Positions 30,386 to 39,725 are shown, numbered from the stretch's first letter. The stretch: DNA of 64,000 nt from Polyangiales bacterium (GCA_038230375.1 JBBRNJ010000001.1:128001-192000); one strand, 5' to 3'. Notes: generated by a model from the sequence alone, not told the origin. Made by a program: numbers and translations.

Positions 30386-32668
30386 ATGCGTTCATCCATC
30401 CGTCACCGGTCTTTCGGCTCGTCCGTGCTTCCGCTCGCATCACTGCTCGCGCTCTTTGGCGGTGCCTCCATCGGCGCCGCGTGCACGCCGGCAGACGCGC
30501 CACCTCCAGCGGCGCCCACGGCGACCGCGCAGAACGCGAGCATCCTGCCGCTCAAGTCGCTGCGCCTGTACGAGACCGGCATGGGCTACTTCGAGCGGTC
30601 CGGCACGCTGGGTGGAAAGGCGAGCGCCCTGCCCGTCCCCGCGGGACACCTGGATGACGCGCTGAAGTCGCTCGTGGTGCTGAACGGCGGCGCCGCGGGC
30701 CGCGTGACGGGCGTTGCGTTCACCAGCAGCGTGACGCGCGCGACGGCGCGAACGCGCGCGGGGCTGCCGCAGGATCCGGACTCGCCGGTCGCGTTCCAGG
30801 ATCTCTTGACGAGCATGAAGGGCGAGCGCGTCGTCATCGTGCGCAAGGAGCAAGCTGTGGCGCCGGAGCCACCGCCGAAGGACGCAGAGGGCGTGACGGC
30901 CGCGCGGCCTGCCCCGCACGAGGTCGCGCGCGGCCCGATCGAGGGACGCGTCGTGGAGGTGACGATGGAGGAAGATCTCGCGCTCATGCACGCGATCCTC
31001 ACGCACAAGGATGCAAAGCTCGACGCCACGCCGAAGCACCTCGTGGTGTCCGTGCTCACCACGGCTGGAGCGGTGCTGCAGCTCCCGGCCGATGAGATCG
31101 CCACGATCCGCCCCGTGGACCCGGCGTTCGCTGCGCGCCTGGATGCCGCGATGGACGCGCTCTCCACGCGCAACGCGCAGAACTCGCGCGCGCTGGAGCT
31201 CCTTGGTGATGCGCGCGGTGACGTGACGTTCGGCTACATCGCGGAGACTCCGCTCTGGCGAACCAGCTACCGGCTGGTCATGGGTGACAAGGCGGAGCTG
31301 CAAGGTTGGGCGCTGATCCACAACGACACGGACGAGAACTGGCAAGGCGTGCACCTGGAGCTGGTGAACGGCGAGCCTGACTCCTTCTTGTTCCCGCTCG
31401 CGGCGCCTCGCTATGCACGCCGCGCGCTCATCCATCCGGACGAGCCGCTCTCGACGTTGCCCCAGCTGGGAAGCACCACCGCCGACGCGCTCTGGGGTGA
31501 GCACCTGGATGGGCACGGCGCGGGTACGGGCTCAGGACAGGGCTTCGGCTCGGGGCATGGTCGGCTTGGCGGCTCACACACCACGCGCTCTCCAACGCTC
31601 CGTCAGGGCGCGACGTCCGCGGAGTCCACGGGCCAGAGCTCGCTGCTCTCGGTCGGCAACCTTGCGGACCTGGCTCCCGCGACGGGCACCGAGCAAGGCG
31701 CGCTCTTCGTGTACGCGGTACCCACGGCGTTCTCGCTGTCGGCGCGCTCTTCCGCGCTCGTGCCCTTCGTGAAGAAGAACGTGGAGGTCGAGAGCATCGC
31801 GTTCTTCGGCGGCATCGGAGCGAAGGCGCGCGCCACGCTGCGCTTCGTGAACGGCACCGGGCAGACACTGCCGGCGGGGACGATTGCCGTGTTCGGCGCG
31901 GGCGGCTTCACCGGAGAGTCGTCGCTGGATCGCCTGAAGCCCGGCGAGCGCCGCTTCCTGGAGATCGGAAACGATCTGGACGCGGAGGTCACGGAGAAGA
32001 AGGTCACGCGCAAGGACGAACCGAAGCGGCTCACCTTTGATGCCCGGCGCCTCGAGGAGCATTTCATCCGCACGAGCGAGCTCGCTTGGGAGGTCGAGAA
32101 TCGCAGCGGCCAGGTGCGCACGTTCTACGTCGTGGTCGCGGCCAGCCAGAACGCAAAGATCATCGGCGCGGACCGCGTCGACTTCGACGAGGTGAACAAG
32201 CGCGCGATCGCCGTCTTCGTGGTCCCGCCGAAGACCAAGGCCACGCGCACGTTCACGATCACGGAGGGCCTCTCCACGACCTACGACACTGGCCAGCTCA
32301 CGGAGAAGAGCGCGAAGGCGATCCTGGCGAAGTCGATGATCGCAGCGGCGGACCTGGCCGTGCTGCGTGACGCGATGGACAAGGTGCGGGCGATGGAGAG
32401 CGAGGCGAAGAACTACCGCGCCATCGAGAAGACGGTCGGGACCACGAACACCGACCTGGAGCGCTTCCGCGAGGACCTGAAGGCGCTCGGCAGCAACGGA
32501 GGCGCAGCGAACGCAGGAGGCGTGGTCGCCACACCGCTGGTCAAGCGCCTGGTCGACGCGGAGGATCGCTATGCGGCGGCGCAGAAGAACCGCGACGCGG
32601 TGGCGAAGGCCCTGGAGGAGCGCACGGAGGCGCTCCGCGAGGCGCTGAAGAAGCTAGAGACGAACTAG
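30386..32668 (+). CDS. DUF4139/DUF4140-like lipoprotein with C-terminal coiled coil
   Basis: Lipobox IGAAC; LYETGMGYFER, LDDALKSL, WRTSYRL, LQGWALIHNDTDENWQGVHLELVNG. Confidence 0.8.
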   Translation: MRSSIRHRSFGSSVLPLASLLALFGGASIGAACTPADAPPPAAPTATAQNASILPLKSLRLYETGMGYFERSGTLGGKASALPVPAGHLDDALKSLVVLNGGAAGRVTGVAFTSSVTRATARTRAGLPQDPDSPVAFQDLLTSMKGERVVIVRKEQAVAPEPPPKDAEGVTAARPAPHEVARGPIEGRVVEVTMEEDLALMHAILTHKDAKLDATPKHLVVSVLTTAGAVLQLPADEIATIRPVDPAFAARLDAAMDALSTRNAQNSRALELLGDARGDVTFGYIAETPLWRTSYRLVMGDKAELQGWALIHNDTDENWQGVHLELVNGEPDSFLFPLAAPRYARRALIHPDEPLSTLPQLGSTTADALWGEHLDGHGAGTGSGQGFGSGHGRLGGSHTTRSPTLRQGATSAESTGQSSLLSVGNLADLAPATGTEQGALFVYAVPTAFSLSARSSALVPFVKKNVEVESIAFFGGIGAKARATLRFVNGTGQTLPAGTIAVFGAGGFTGESSLDRLKPGERRFLEIGNDLDAEVTEKKVTRKDEPKRLTFDARRLEEHFIRTSELAWEVENRSGQVRTFYVVVAASQNAKIIGADRVDFDEVNKRAIAVFVVPPKTKATRTFTITEGLSTTYDTGQLTEKSAKAILAKSMIAAADLAVLRDAMDKVRAMESEAKNYRAIEKTVGTTNTDLERFREDLKALGSNGGAANAGGVVATPLVKRLVDAEDRYAAAQKNRDAVAKALEERTEALREALKKLETN
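32587..32668 (+). repeat. Left copy of diverged direct repeat (3' end of the DUF4139 gene)
   Basis: 32633-32668 matches 38815-38850 at 33/36 (23-bp exact core CTCCGCGAGGCGCTGAAGAAGCT); 32587-32616 matches 38758-38787 at 25/30. Confidence 0.85.
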
Positions 32669-32687
32669 GTCGAAGACGGCTTCTTGG

Positions 32688-32918
32688 TCAGCCCGTCTTT
32701 CGCTCGAGCACCGTCACGCGCTCCTTCAGATCGGCCGCGTCTCCGCGAAGCGTTCGATCGGCGCGGAAGAGATCAACCAGCGTTTGCACGGTGTCGCGGA
32801 CGGCAACGAGCTCCGTCGCGACGCGAATCTCGGATGAGGCCTGACGTTCGACCACCGCGTCGAGCCGGCCGCACGATCGCATCCGACTTCTCCACGCCCA
32901 GCGCCCGTGCCGTGTGCG
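32688..32918 (-). pseudogene. Chimeric remnant: fragment of the 39005-39652 gene joined to the C-terminal half of a small coiled-coil gene
   Basis: 32872-32918 matches 39350-39396 at 45/47 (HTARxLGVEKSDAIV); directly joined to GRLDAVVERQASSEIRVATELVAV...LERKTG*. Confidence 0.75.
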
Positions 32919-33006
32919 CTGCGAGAGAAGACGGCGTTCAGATCAGGGCGCGCTGCGGCAACTTCCAAACGCTACCGAGCGTGTCGTCTTGCGCTAGGAT
33001 TCGCGC

Positions 33007-34188
33007 ATGCGTCCCTTTCTCCGTGTGTCGTTGCCAGTGGTCCTCTCTTTCGTCGGTTGCGCGCAGTCAACGTGGTTCGGCAAGGAATACATGCCGCTCG
33101 CACAGGTGAAGACCGTCCTTGCGACGGAGAAGGACAAGGACCCCCTGCTCGGGCGCATCACTCCGACGGGCGAGACGGTGCCCGGCTACTCGACCGCGCA
33201 GGCGGCGAACAAGGGCTACGACCTCAAGTGGGAGGACGTGCAGAACGGGCGGCTCTGCGTCACGACGGAGGCCAAGAGCTGGTACAAGGACGGCGAGAAC
33301 CGCGCCGAGCAGTACGACCGCGAACACATCGAGAACGGCTTTGGCGCGGATACGATGGTCGTCGAGGCGAAGAAGTCACTCGACGACATCACGGAGGCGA
33401 CGCAGTGGCCCTCGAGCACGCCGAAGGGCAGCATCGACAAGGTCGAAGCGAAGGTCGTGAAGCGCACGCATTCCGATCGCGCATCCGGCCTCTCCGGCTC
33501 CGCCGGCATCGAGCCCGGCTACAAGGTCGTCTACGAGGTCAGGTGGTGCGGTCCCGCGCCCGGGATCGCCGCCGACACGCGCTACGTGGTGATCACTCGC
33601 TACCTCTCACGGAGCACCGGCGTCGCGCCGAGCTACTTCATCTGGGCGGTGGATCGCGAGCCGGGCTCCACGCCGGCAACCGACGCCAAGGGCGAGCCGT
33701 CAACTCCTCAGCACCAACGCCGCCGCGCGGATTCAGCCGAGGCCCGAGAGCCCGCGGATCCAGCTGCGGCAACGGACGATCTGCTCGTGACGGCGAGCCG
33801 CGACGGCCGTTTCACCACGTTTCTGGATCTCCTCGCGACCAGCACGTTTCGCGACAAGCTGAAATCCGGCGACTACACGCTGTTCATTCCCACGGACGCG
33901 GCGCTCGCAAAGATCCCCGACGAGGTCAAGAAGTGGCGCAAGGACAAGAAGCTGCTCGAGCAGGTGATGCAGACGCACATCGTCGGCGGCAAGCGAACCC
34001 CGAAGGCGATCCGAGATGGGGTCAGCAGCGCTGACGGCTTCGGCAAGCTTCAGAATCAGCTCGGTGACTATCTCGAGGTTCGACCAGACCACGACACGTT
34101 CCGGATCGCGAAGCGCGCGACCGTGGTGATGCCGCCGATCGACGCGAGCAACGGCCTCATCTACGCGATCGATGCATCGTTGCAGTGA
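33007..34188 (+). CDS. Lipoprotein with C-terminal fasciclin (FAS1) domain
   Basis: Lipobox FVGC; FAS1 motifs YTLFIPTDAA, HIV, IDASNGLIYAID. Confidence 0.8.
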   Translation: MRPFLRVSLPVVLSFVGCAQSTWFGKEYMPLAQVKTVLATEKDKDPLLGRITPTGETVPGYSTAQAANKGYDLKWEDVQNGRLCVTTEAKSWYKDGENRAEQYDREHIENGFGADTMVVEAKKSLDDITEATQWPSSTPKGSIDKVEAKVVKRTHSDRASGLSGSAGIEPGYKVVYEVRWCGPAPGIAADTRYVVITRYLSRSTGVAPSYFIWAVDREPGSTPATDAKGEPSTPQHQRRRADSAEAREPADPAAATDDLLVTASRDGRFTTFLDLLATSTFRDKLKSGDYTLFIPTDAALAKIPDEVKKWRKDKKLLEQVMQTHIVGGKRTPKAIRDGVSSADGFGKLQNQLGDYLEVRPDHDTFRIAKRATVVMPPIDASNGLIYAIDASLQ

Positions 34189-34222
34189 ACCCCGACCACG
34201 TCTTCGCCCTACCGAGGGCACG

Positions 34223-34768
34223 TCAGGCTTCCACGGCGACCGACGCGATGGGCAGCACCTTCTCGTGAAGCCGCACGAGCGCGCCAAGGAGCGCATCGAT
34301 CGCCCGCCACGTTCGGATAGCGAGCGATCGCGTTGCGCCAGTCGCTCATCACGCCTTTCACGCACTCGAGCTGGTTCTTGTTCGGCGCACGAATGAATGT
34401 GACGCGTACCTGATGCCCTCGCTTCACCGCCTTCTCGGTCAGCGCGAACGGGAGCGACGATGGGCGGCGCACGTAGGCCGAGCGATCCTTGAGCCACTTC
34501 TTCATCAGCTCCGTGGTGACGGAGAGCGGCGAGTCATCTACGGGAAGCGCACCATTGATCTAACAACGTCGACCGTCGCGCTCGGCGTGGACAGCGCGTG
34601 CGTGATCCATGTGCGCAGGGAGATGGTCGACGGAAAGGGAAATACCTTTCCCCCGGCGAGCAGATCGATCGTGAGGAGCTGCGGCTCGTCGCTCGCGCGG
34701 TAGCTCAGTGAGAACGCGTTGGGCCTGTATGCAAAACGGAGACGTGGGCTGATGAGCGTCCCAACCAT
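34223..34768 (-). pseudogene. Frameshifted hypothetical gene remnant
   Basis: Three GC3-rich segments joined across frame changes: MVGTLISP...TVDVV / INGALPVDD...RNAIARYP / AIDALLGALVRLHEKVLPIASVAVEA*; TACGGT-N6-ATG at the start. Confidence 0.5.
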
Positions 34769-34834
34769 CGAGCGACCGTACCAGAGGACTCCTGAACCCT
34801 CGAACCAAGCGCGAGGGCATGACAGAATCCGGCC

Positions 34835-37102
34835 ATGACCAAGGTCCCGAAGGCTGAAGCTGCCGCTCTCAATCGGTCTCACGCCCTGGCCACGAAAGGC
34901 GACAAGGCGACCGCGCAGAAGTACCTTGCGGAGTATCTCGAAGGGGGCGGCAAGGCGACGCCTGCGATCCTCACGAACCTCCTGTACGCGTTCAATCCAG
35001 ACGTCTCTCTTCCTGCAAAGAGCGCGAAGAAATACCTCGATCTCGCATTGGAGCTCGCGCGCTCGAACGCGGCGTTTCTCGACTGCGGTTTTCTCGAGAA
35101 CCTCTGCATCGTCTTGAACAACGTGGGCCGAGGGCCCGACTCGGTGCTGATCACCGAGCATGCGCTCGAGCAAGACGTCGAGCTCACCGCCGGCTGCTAC
35201 ACCGGCATGACGTATGGCGCGTGGATCAGCAAGGACACGGCGCTCATGCAGCGCGCCGCCGATCACGTGGACCGCGTGCTCGAAGCGGATGCTGATCGTC
35301 TCGGCGAGACGCCGACGGTCTTCGACAACACCGGCGCCCTCCACCTGCGTCTCGGAAACGTGGCGAAGGCGATTGCGTACGTCCGCCTGTGCAAGAAGTA
35401 CGAATACGCAGGATGGAAGGGTATCGAGACGTCCCCCGATTTCGCGGCGCTCGTCGGCAACGCGGAGTTTCACGCGCTGTTCAGGCTGGAGCCTGCGCCA
35501 CCGGTCGACATCATCGTCCTTGCGGAGCTCGATCTCGAGCCCAAGCGCATGACCAGGTGGCGCGCGCTCTCTCTCACGGAGCGCAGCCTCACGTGGTCCC
35601 CGGTCGCGCCCGTGTTCCGCGGCGAGCGCCCAGCAGCGGAAGGCGCAACGGAGGCGCCCGCGACCGTGGGCGCGCTGCTGGATGCGATGGAGGCGACCTT
35701 CGCGAAGGACCCGGCGACCCCGAGCTTTCTCGACATCGAAGGCGGCCTGGTCTCCGGGTTCCTGAGCGGCCAGCACTCCCCGCGGTTTCACCAGGATCTC
35801 GCGACTGCGCTGCGCCTTGCGTCGCTCGCCGGCGCGAAGGGATCTGCGCGCTTCGTTCTTCCCACGGAGCAGGCCGCGTTGTCCTTCGCGATCGCAAAGG
35901 GAACCGACGACGAAGCGCCGGGCTGGGGATCCGTCCAGGAGCTCCTGCAGGACGAGGCGATCTCCGCTCGGATCGTGGACGCGGTGGGATGGGTGAAGGC
36001 GAAGCTGGCCGCTCCGGAGCTCGTGCGGAGAGCGTATCGCACGCAGGCGGAACAATTTGGCGTCGGGCCCATGAACGATACGCATCGCGCGCTCCTTGCC
36101 GCGATGAAGGCGGTGGGCGCAGCGGCGCTCTACCCCGGCGTGGCGGCTCTGAAGGCGCCGAACGGCCGTGCCCTTGGCACCATCTGGTCCAGCCCGAAGG
36201 CGCTGGCCGCGGCGATCGACGGTGCGGAGCCGCTCGCGCGAGTCCTTGGTCTCGAGCTCCTCTCCCGGGTGCAGCCGAAGAGCGTCCTCGCGCTCGCCGA
36301 GCAGCTGGCGAGGGATGAGTCGGCAGAGGTCCGCAAGGCCGCTGTCAGCGCCGTCGCGCAGGTCGCAGAGCCAGCGGCCATCACGTTCTTGCTCGCATCG
36401 CTTGCCGACGAGACGGTGGGCTTCGCCGCCGCCGATGCGCTCGTCCGCCAGCGCGCGAAGGAGACCAACAAGCGGCTCCTCGCCGCGCTCGACGCCCCGC
36501 TCGAGCCGCTCTTGCGCGCGACCCACCTGCTCTACGCGATCGGAAAGCGCCAGCTCGTCGCCGCCGTCCCGCAGCTCTTCGCGCTGTGGAGCGATCACCC
36601 CACGAGGGAGGTTCGCAAGGAGGCCGCCCGTGCGCTCGCCTTCGTCGGCTCGGCGGAGGTCAAAGCGCGCGAGCAAGATCTCGTCTTCACGTTGCTGGGA
36701 ATGGGCAAGGCCCTCAACGGGAACGATACGCGCAGGCGTGAGCTCCTCGAGATCACGAAGCGCGACAACGGTGGGATCCTCCGCTTCGAAGGACTCGACG
36801 TGAAGCGCCTCCAGACGCTGGTCGACGAAGGCTTCATCGATCTCACGGGTACGCAGAACGATAGCCCGTCGGCGGGCGACTTCTTCGGGCTCATGAAGGA
36901 CCATCCCGAGGTCACGGCCAACGGGTATGCCGTCTCCGCGAAGCGCACGGACTATCGCGTGAGCATCGACAGCATCGAGGTCTACATCAACGAGGTGCCG
37001 GAGGACCGACGGCCCGCGCTCCGGCAGATCTTCGACGCGCTCACGGAGCGTGCGACCAACTCGGAGTCCGGGGACGATCGCTTGCACGTCTGGTGGACCT
37101 GA
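34835..37102 (+). CDS. Multidomain protein: TPR-like N-terminus, HEAT/PBS repeats, uncharacterised C-terminal domain
   Basis: DESAEVRKAAVSAVAQ and DHPTREVRKEAARALA HEAT repeats; C-terminal QNDSPS...GYAV...DYRVSIDSI...WWT. Confidence 0.75.
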   Translation: MTKVPKAEAAALNRSHALATKGDKATAQKYLAEYLEGGGKATPAILTNLLYAFNPDVSLPAKSAKKYLDLALELARSNAAFLDCGFLENLCIVLNNVGRGPDSVLITEHALEQDVELTAGCYTGMTYGAWISKDTALMQRAADHVDRVLEADADRLGETPTVFDNTGALHLRLGNVAKAIAYVRLCKKYEYAGWKGIETSPDFAALVGNAEFHALFRLEPAPPVDIIVLAELDLEPKRMTRWRALSLTERSLTWSPVAPVFRGERPAAEGATEAPATVGALLDAMEATFAKDPATPSFLDIEGGLVSGFLSGQHSPRFHQDLATALRLASLAGAKGSARFVLPTEQAALSFAIAKGTDDEAPGWGSVQELLQDEAISARIVDAVGWVKAKLAAPELVRRAYRTQAEQFGVGPMNDTHRALLAAMKAVGAAALYPGVAALKAPNGRALGTIWSSPKALAAAIDGAEPLARVLGLELLSRVQPKSVLALAEQLARDESAEVRKAAVSAVAQVAEPAAITFLLASLADETVGFAAADALVRQRAKETNKRLLAALDAPLEPLLRATHLLYAIGKRQLVAAVPQLFALWSDHPTREVRKEAARALAFVGSAEVKAREQDLVFTLLGMGKALNGNDTRRRELLEITKRDNGGILRFEGLDVKRLQTLVDEGFIDLTGTQNDSPSAGDFFGLMKDHPEVTANGYAVSAKRTDYRVSIDSIEVYINEVPEDRRPALRQIFDALTERATNSESGDDRLHVWWT

Positions 37103-37122
37103 GCGGCGATCGCGCGCACGAC

Positions 37123-37855
37123 CTACGGCGCTGGTTTGCCATCGGCGACGCCCACGCGGCGGATCAAGGTGCATTCAACGTCGGCGAGCGTTGCATCCGC
37201 CGTTGCTCCAGAGACGGTTCCCCGCGCTCGCGGAGCCGGGGGCGCGCGGCGTGCGCTGCCACGCGATACGCCCCCGATCGTCCGGCCCGATCAGATTGCC
37301 GACGAAGGTGTCGGTGATCTTGCGGGGCTCGGTGGGCGCATCCATGGCGAAGACCAGGTCGAACGGCTTGGGCCCGGCCTCGGCGTAGGTACCGAAGGTC
37401 CCGTTTGGCGAGAAGTGCGGAGAGAACTGGCCTCTTGCCTGCGGAAAACACCGCAGCTCCTTGAGCTTCATCGCCGCGACATCCACGCCCATGATGCAAT
37501 GGTTCTGCCGATCGACGAACAGAGGTAGAGCGCCACCCGCGGCCGTGCCCCACGGAAGTAGATCGCCGAGCTCCACCTCTCCGCGTGTCCGAGCCCTTCC
37601 CGCCACGTCGATGACCAGCATGTGGCGGGTGGGCCTGGGGCTGTTTGCGGTCGGCGGCCCGCCGTTGTTCACGTCGGGCCAGAACTCGACGAGCAGCGTG
37701 CGGTCGTCCGCGCCGAAGTGCACGAAGTTGATCTGCGTCGCGTGCACGTCTTCGGCAAGCCGTTCGAACGTATGGCCGCCGTCATCGGAGAAGAACACGC
37801 GTACCGGCGCACGGCGGAGTTGAACGGACACGGGCATTGTGCGAAGTACCCACAT
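37123..37855 (-). pseudogene. Probable truncated/frameshifted beta-propeller (Asp-box) gene
   Basis: FFSDDGGHTF Asp-box and FSPNG; no signal peptide or clear start; a +1 frame near 37195 continues DATLADVECTLIRRVGVADGKPAP*. Confidence 0.4.
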
Positions 37856-37888
37856 GATCGAAAGAGCGCGCAGCGGCGCCGTTCGCTG

Positions 37889-38746
37889 ATGTCACTCCTG
37901 GATTGCGAAGTCGTCGTCACGCGCAACGGAGCCACCGCGCTTCGCGATCGCGTCAGCGGCGAGGTGATGCACCCGATGGGGCATGCGACGGAGGCGCAGG
38001 AGGTGTACGTGGGTCCCGCGCGCCTGGAAGGGCGCCTGCGTGAAGGTGGCGAGCCGCTCGTGCTCCTGGACGTGGGTCTTGGCGCCGCGTCCAACGCCAT
38101 CTGCGCGTGGCGGCTCTCCGAGTCGCTTCCGGCCTCCGCGCGACGCCTGGAGATCGTGAGCTTCGAGCACGATCTGGGCGCCCTCGAACTGGCACTCACG
38201 CCCGCGCACGTGGAGGCGTTCGGGTTCTCCCCCGTGGGCTCGGACGCGTACGTAGCGGCCAGCGCGATCGTCGCTCATGGTCGACATGAGACCCCGCGCA
38301 CGCTGTGGCGACTCAGCTTTGGGGATGCCCTGCGAGCCTTCGAAGCCGAGCCGGACGCAACGGCGGATGTGGTGTTCTGGGACATGTTCTCCAGCGGGGT
38401 GCATCTGGACCAGTGGACGGTCTCCGCGTTTCGCGCGGTGAGGCGGCTGTGCAGAGCGAGGGCCACGCTGCACACCTACAGGGCAGCGACTTCCGCTCGC
38501 TCGGCGCTGCTCCTTTCCGGGTTTGCGGTGGGTATTGGCCCTCCCAGCGGGGAGCAGGGGCAGACCACCGTCGGTGCGGTCAACTGGGAGGACCTGACGG
38601 AGCCGCTGGGGACGCGCTGGCTTCAGCGGCTCATGCGCTCCTCGGCGCCGTTCCCTACGGATGTTGCGAGCGACGAGCCAGCGCGCGCGGAGGCGATGCG
38701 CACGATCAACGCGCACCCCCAGTTTCAGCCCGCGCGGCGCTCCTGA
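37889..38746 (+). CDS. Standalone MnmC/MnmD-like SAM-dependent methyltransferase
   Basis: GEVMHP...EA..VY, LLDVGLGAASNA (motif I), VSFE, VVFWDMFS, TY, RSALLLSGF. Confidence 0.8.
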   Translation: MSLLDCEVVVTRNGATALRDRVSGEVMHPMGHATEAQEVYVGPARLEGRLREGGEPLVLLDVGLGAASNAICAWRLSESLPASARRLEIVSFEHDLGALELALTPAHVEAFGFSPVGSDAYVAASAIVAHGRHETPRTLWRLSFGDALRAFEAEPDATADVVFWDMFSSGVHLDQWTVSAFRAVRRLCRARATLHTYRAATSARSALLLSGFAVGIGPPSGEQGQTTVGAVNWEDLTEPLGTRWLQRLMRSSAPFPTDVASDEPARAEAMRTINAHPQFQPARRS

Positions 38747-38757
38747 TTCAGGGGATC

Positions 38758-38850
38758 GAACCGCGGCGCCGTCGGCAAGGCCCTGGAAGTGTCGCGATGG
38801 CGTGATCCCCGGCCCTCCGCGAGGCGCTGAAGAAGCTGGAGACCAACCAG
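38758..38850 (+). repeat. Right, degenerate copy of the DUF4139 gene 3' end
   Basis: Encodes NRGAVGKALE ... ALREALKKLETNQ versus NRDAVAKALE ... ALREALKKLETN*; stop TAG is CAG here. Confidence 0.85.
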
Positions 38851-38870
38851 TACCGCGACACAGAGGACTG

Positions 38871-38991
38871 TAGCTTGACGTGCAACCAAGGCGTCGAGCC
38901 GGCTGTTGGTGTTGTCGAGGCGGCCGCTGGTGGCTCGGATCTCGTCGCGGATCTGGATGAGGATCTCGGTAGAAAAGTCGGTGGCTGGAAG
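38871..38991 (-). pseudogene. N-terminal half of the small coiled-coil gene (no start codon, C-terminus missing)
   Basis: LPATDFSTEILIQIRDEIRATSGRLDNTNSRLDALVARQA; overlaps in sequence with the remnant at 32688-32870 (RLDAVVERQA). Confidence 0.65.
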
Positions 38992-39004
38992 TCTGGGCGT
39001 CGGG

Positions 39005-39652
39005 TCAGCTGCGGGTCTTGCCCACGGCGCGCCGCTGGAGTTGCTCGACGCCTGCCATGCTGAGCGTGAGGGTGACGCGCCAGCTGCCGCCCACGTGCCG
39101 CGGCTTCGCCGTGACGCGCTCGCCGAGGAGGTCCGACAGCGCCTTCGCGGCGGCGCGCGAGAGCATGAGCGCAGACTTCCGCGCGGGGTCGCGCCTGGCG
39201 TTCTTCCGGTTCTGGCGCGTCTTCCTTGCCTCGCGCAGGATCTCGCGAGCGCTGAGCGCGTCGATCGGGTGCACCTCACCGTCGATCGTGATCCCCGTCT
39301 CGAGGAGCGCCGAAGGCGAATCGAGCGCCGCCGTCGCCTCTGCGTACTTCACGATCGCATCCGACTTCTCCACGCCCAGCACCCGCGCCGTGTGCGGCGC
39401 AAAGTGGCGAGCGACGCGCATGAACTTGAAGGCCTGCGATCGGCGGACGAGGTCACGCTCCTCGAGCATGTTCGTGAACGAAGCATGACCGAGCGCGCGC
39501 CACAGCTCCTTCTTGTCGAGCTCCAGGAGCGCCGCGCCGATCTCGTAGAACGCCTTCGCAGCGATGACCTTGTTCGTGGCCACCGCGTCGCAGAGCTCCT
39601 CACCGCGACGAACCGCGGCGCCCTTCTGAACCACTACCGTCCCCTTCGCCAT
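39005..39652 (-). CDS. Small basic helical protein, DUF3102-like putative DNA-binding protein
   Basis: FYEIGAALLEL...LWRALGHASFTNMLEE....RSQAFKFMRVARHF pattern; Arg/Lys-rich. Confidence 0.6.
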   Translation of the reverse strand: MAKGTVVVQKGAAVRRGEELCDAVATNKVIAAKAFYEIGAALLELDKKELWRALGHASFTNMLEERDLVRRSQAFKFMRVARHFAPHTARVLGVEKSDAIVKYAEATAALDSPSALLETGITIDGEVHPIDALSAREILREARKTRQNRKNARRDPARKSALMLSRAAAKALSDLLGERVTAKPRHVGGSWRVTLTLSMAGVEQLQRRAVGKTRS

Positions 39653-39707
39653 TCACGAATACTACCGAAGGAGACGACGCCTCGAAAAGGACCAAAATCC
39701 ACCCACG

Positions 39708-39725
39708 AGTGCAGGCGCCTGCACT
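39708..39725. promoter_or_regulatory. Perfect 18-bp palindrome AGTGCAGGCGCCTGCACT
   Basis: Self-complementary with no spacer; 55 bp upstream of the ATG at 39652. Confidence 0.5.

Noticed and set aside
34538..37174. 878-aa minus-strand ORF
   Set aside because: Mostly the antisense shadow of the HEAT-repeat gene; only the last part from ATG 34768 looks like real (pseudo)gene sequence
32587..38850. Calling the cassette a prophage, ICE or transposon
   Set aside because: No integrase, transposase, phage or conjugation genes and no terminal inverted repeats seen; reported only as a repeat-bounded cassette
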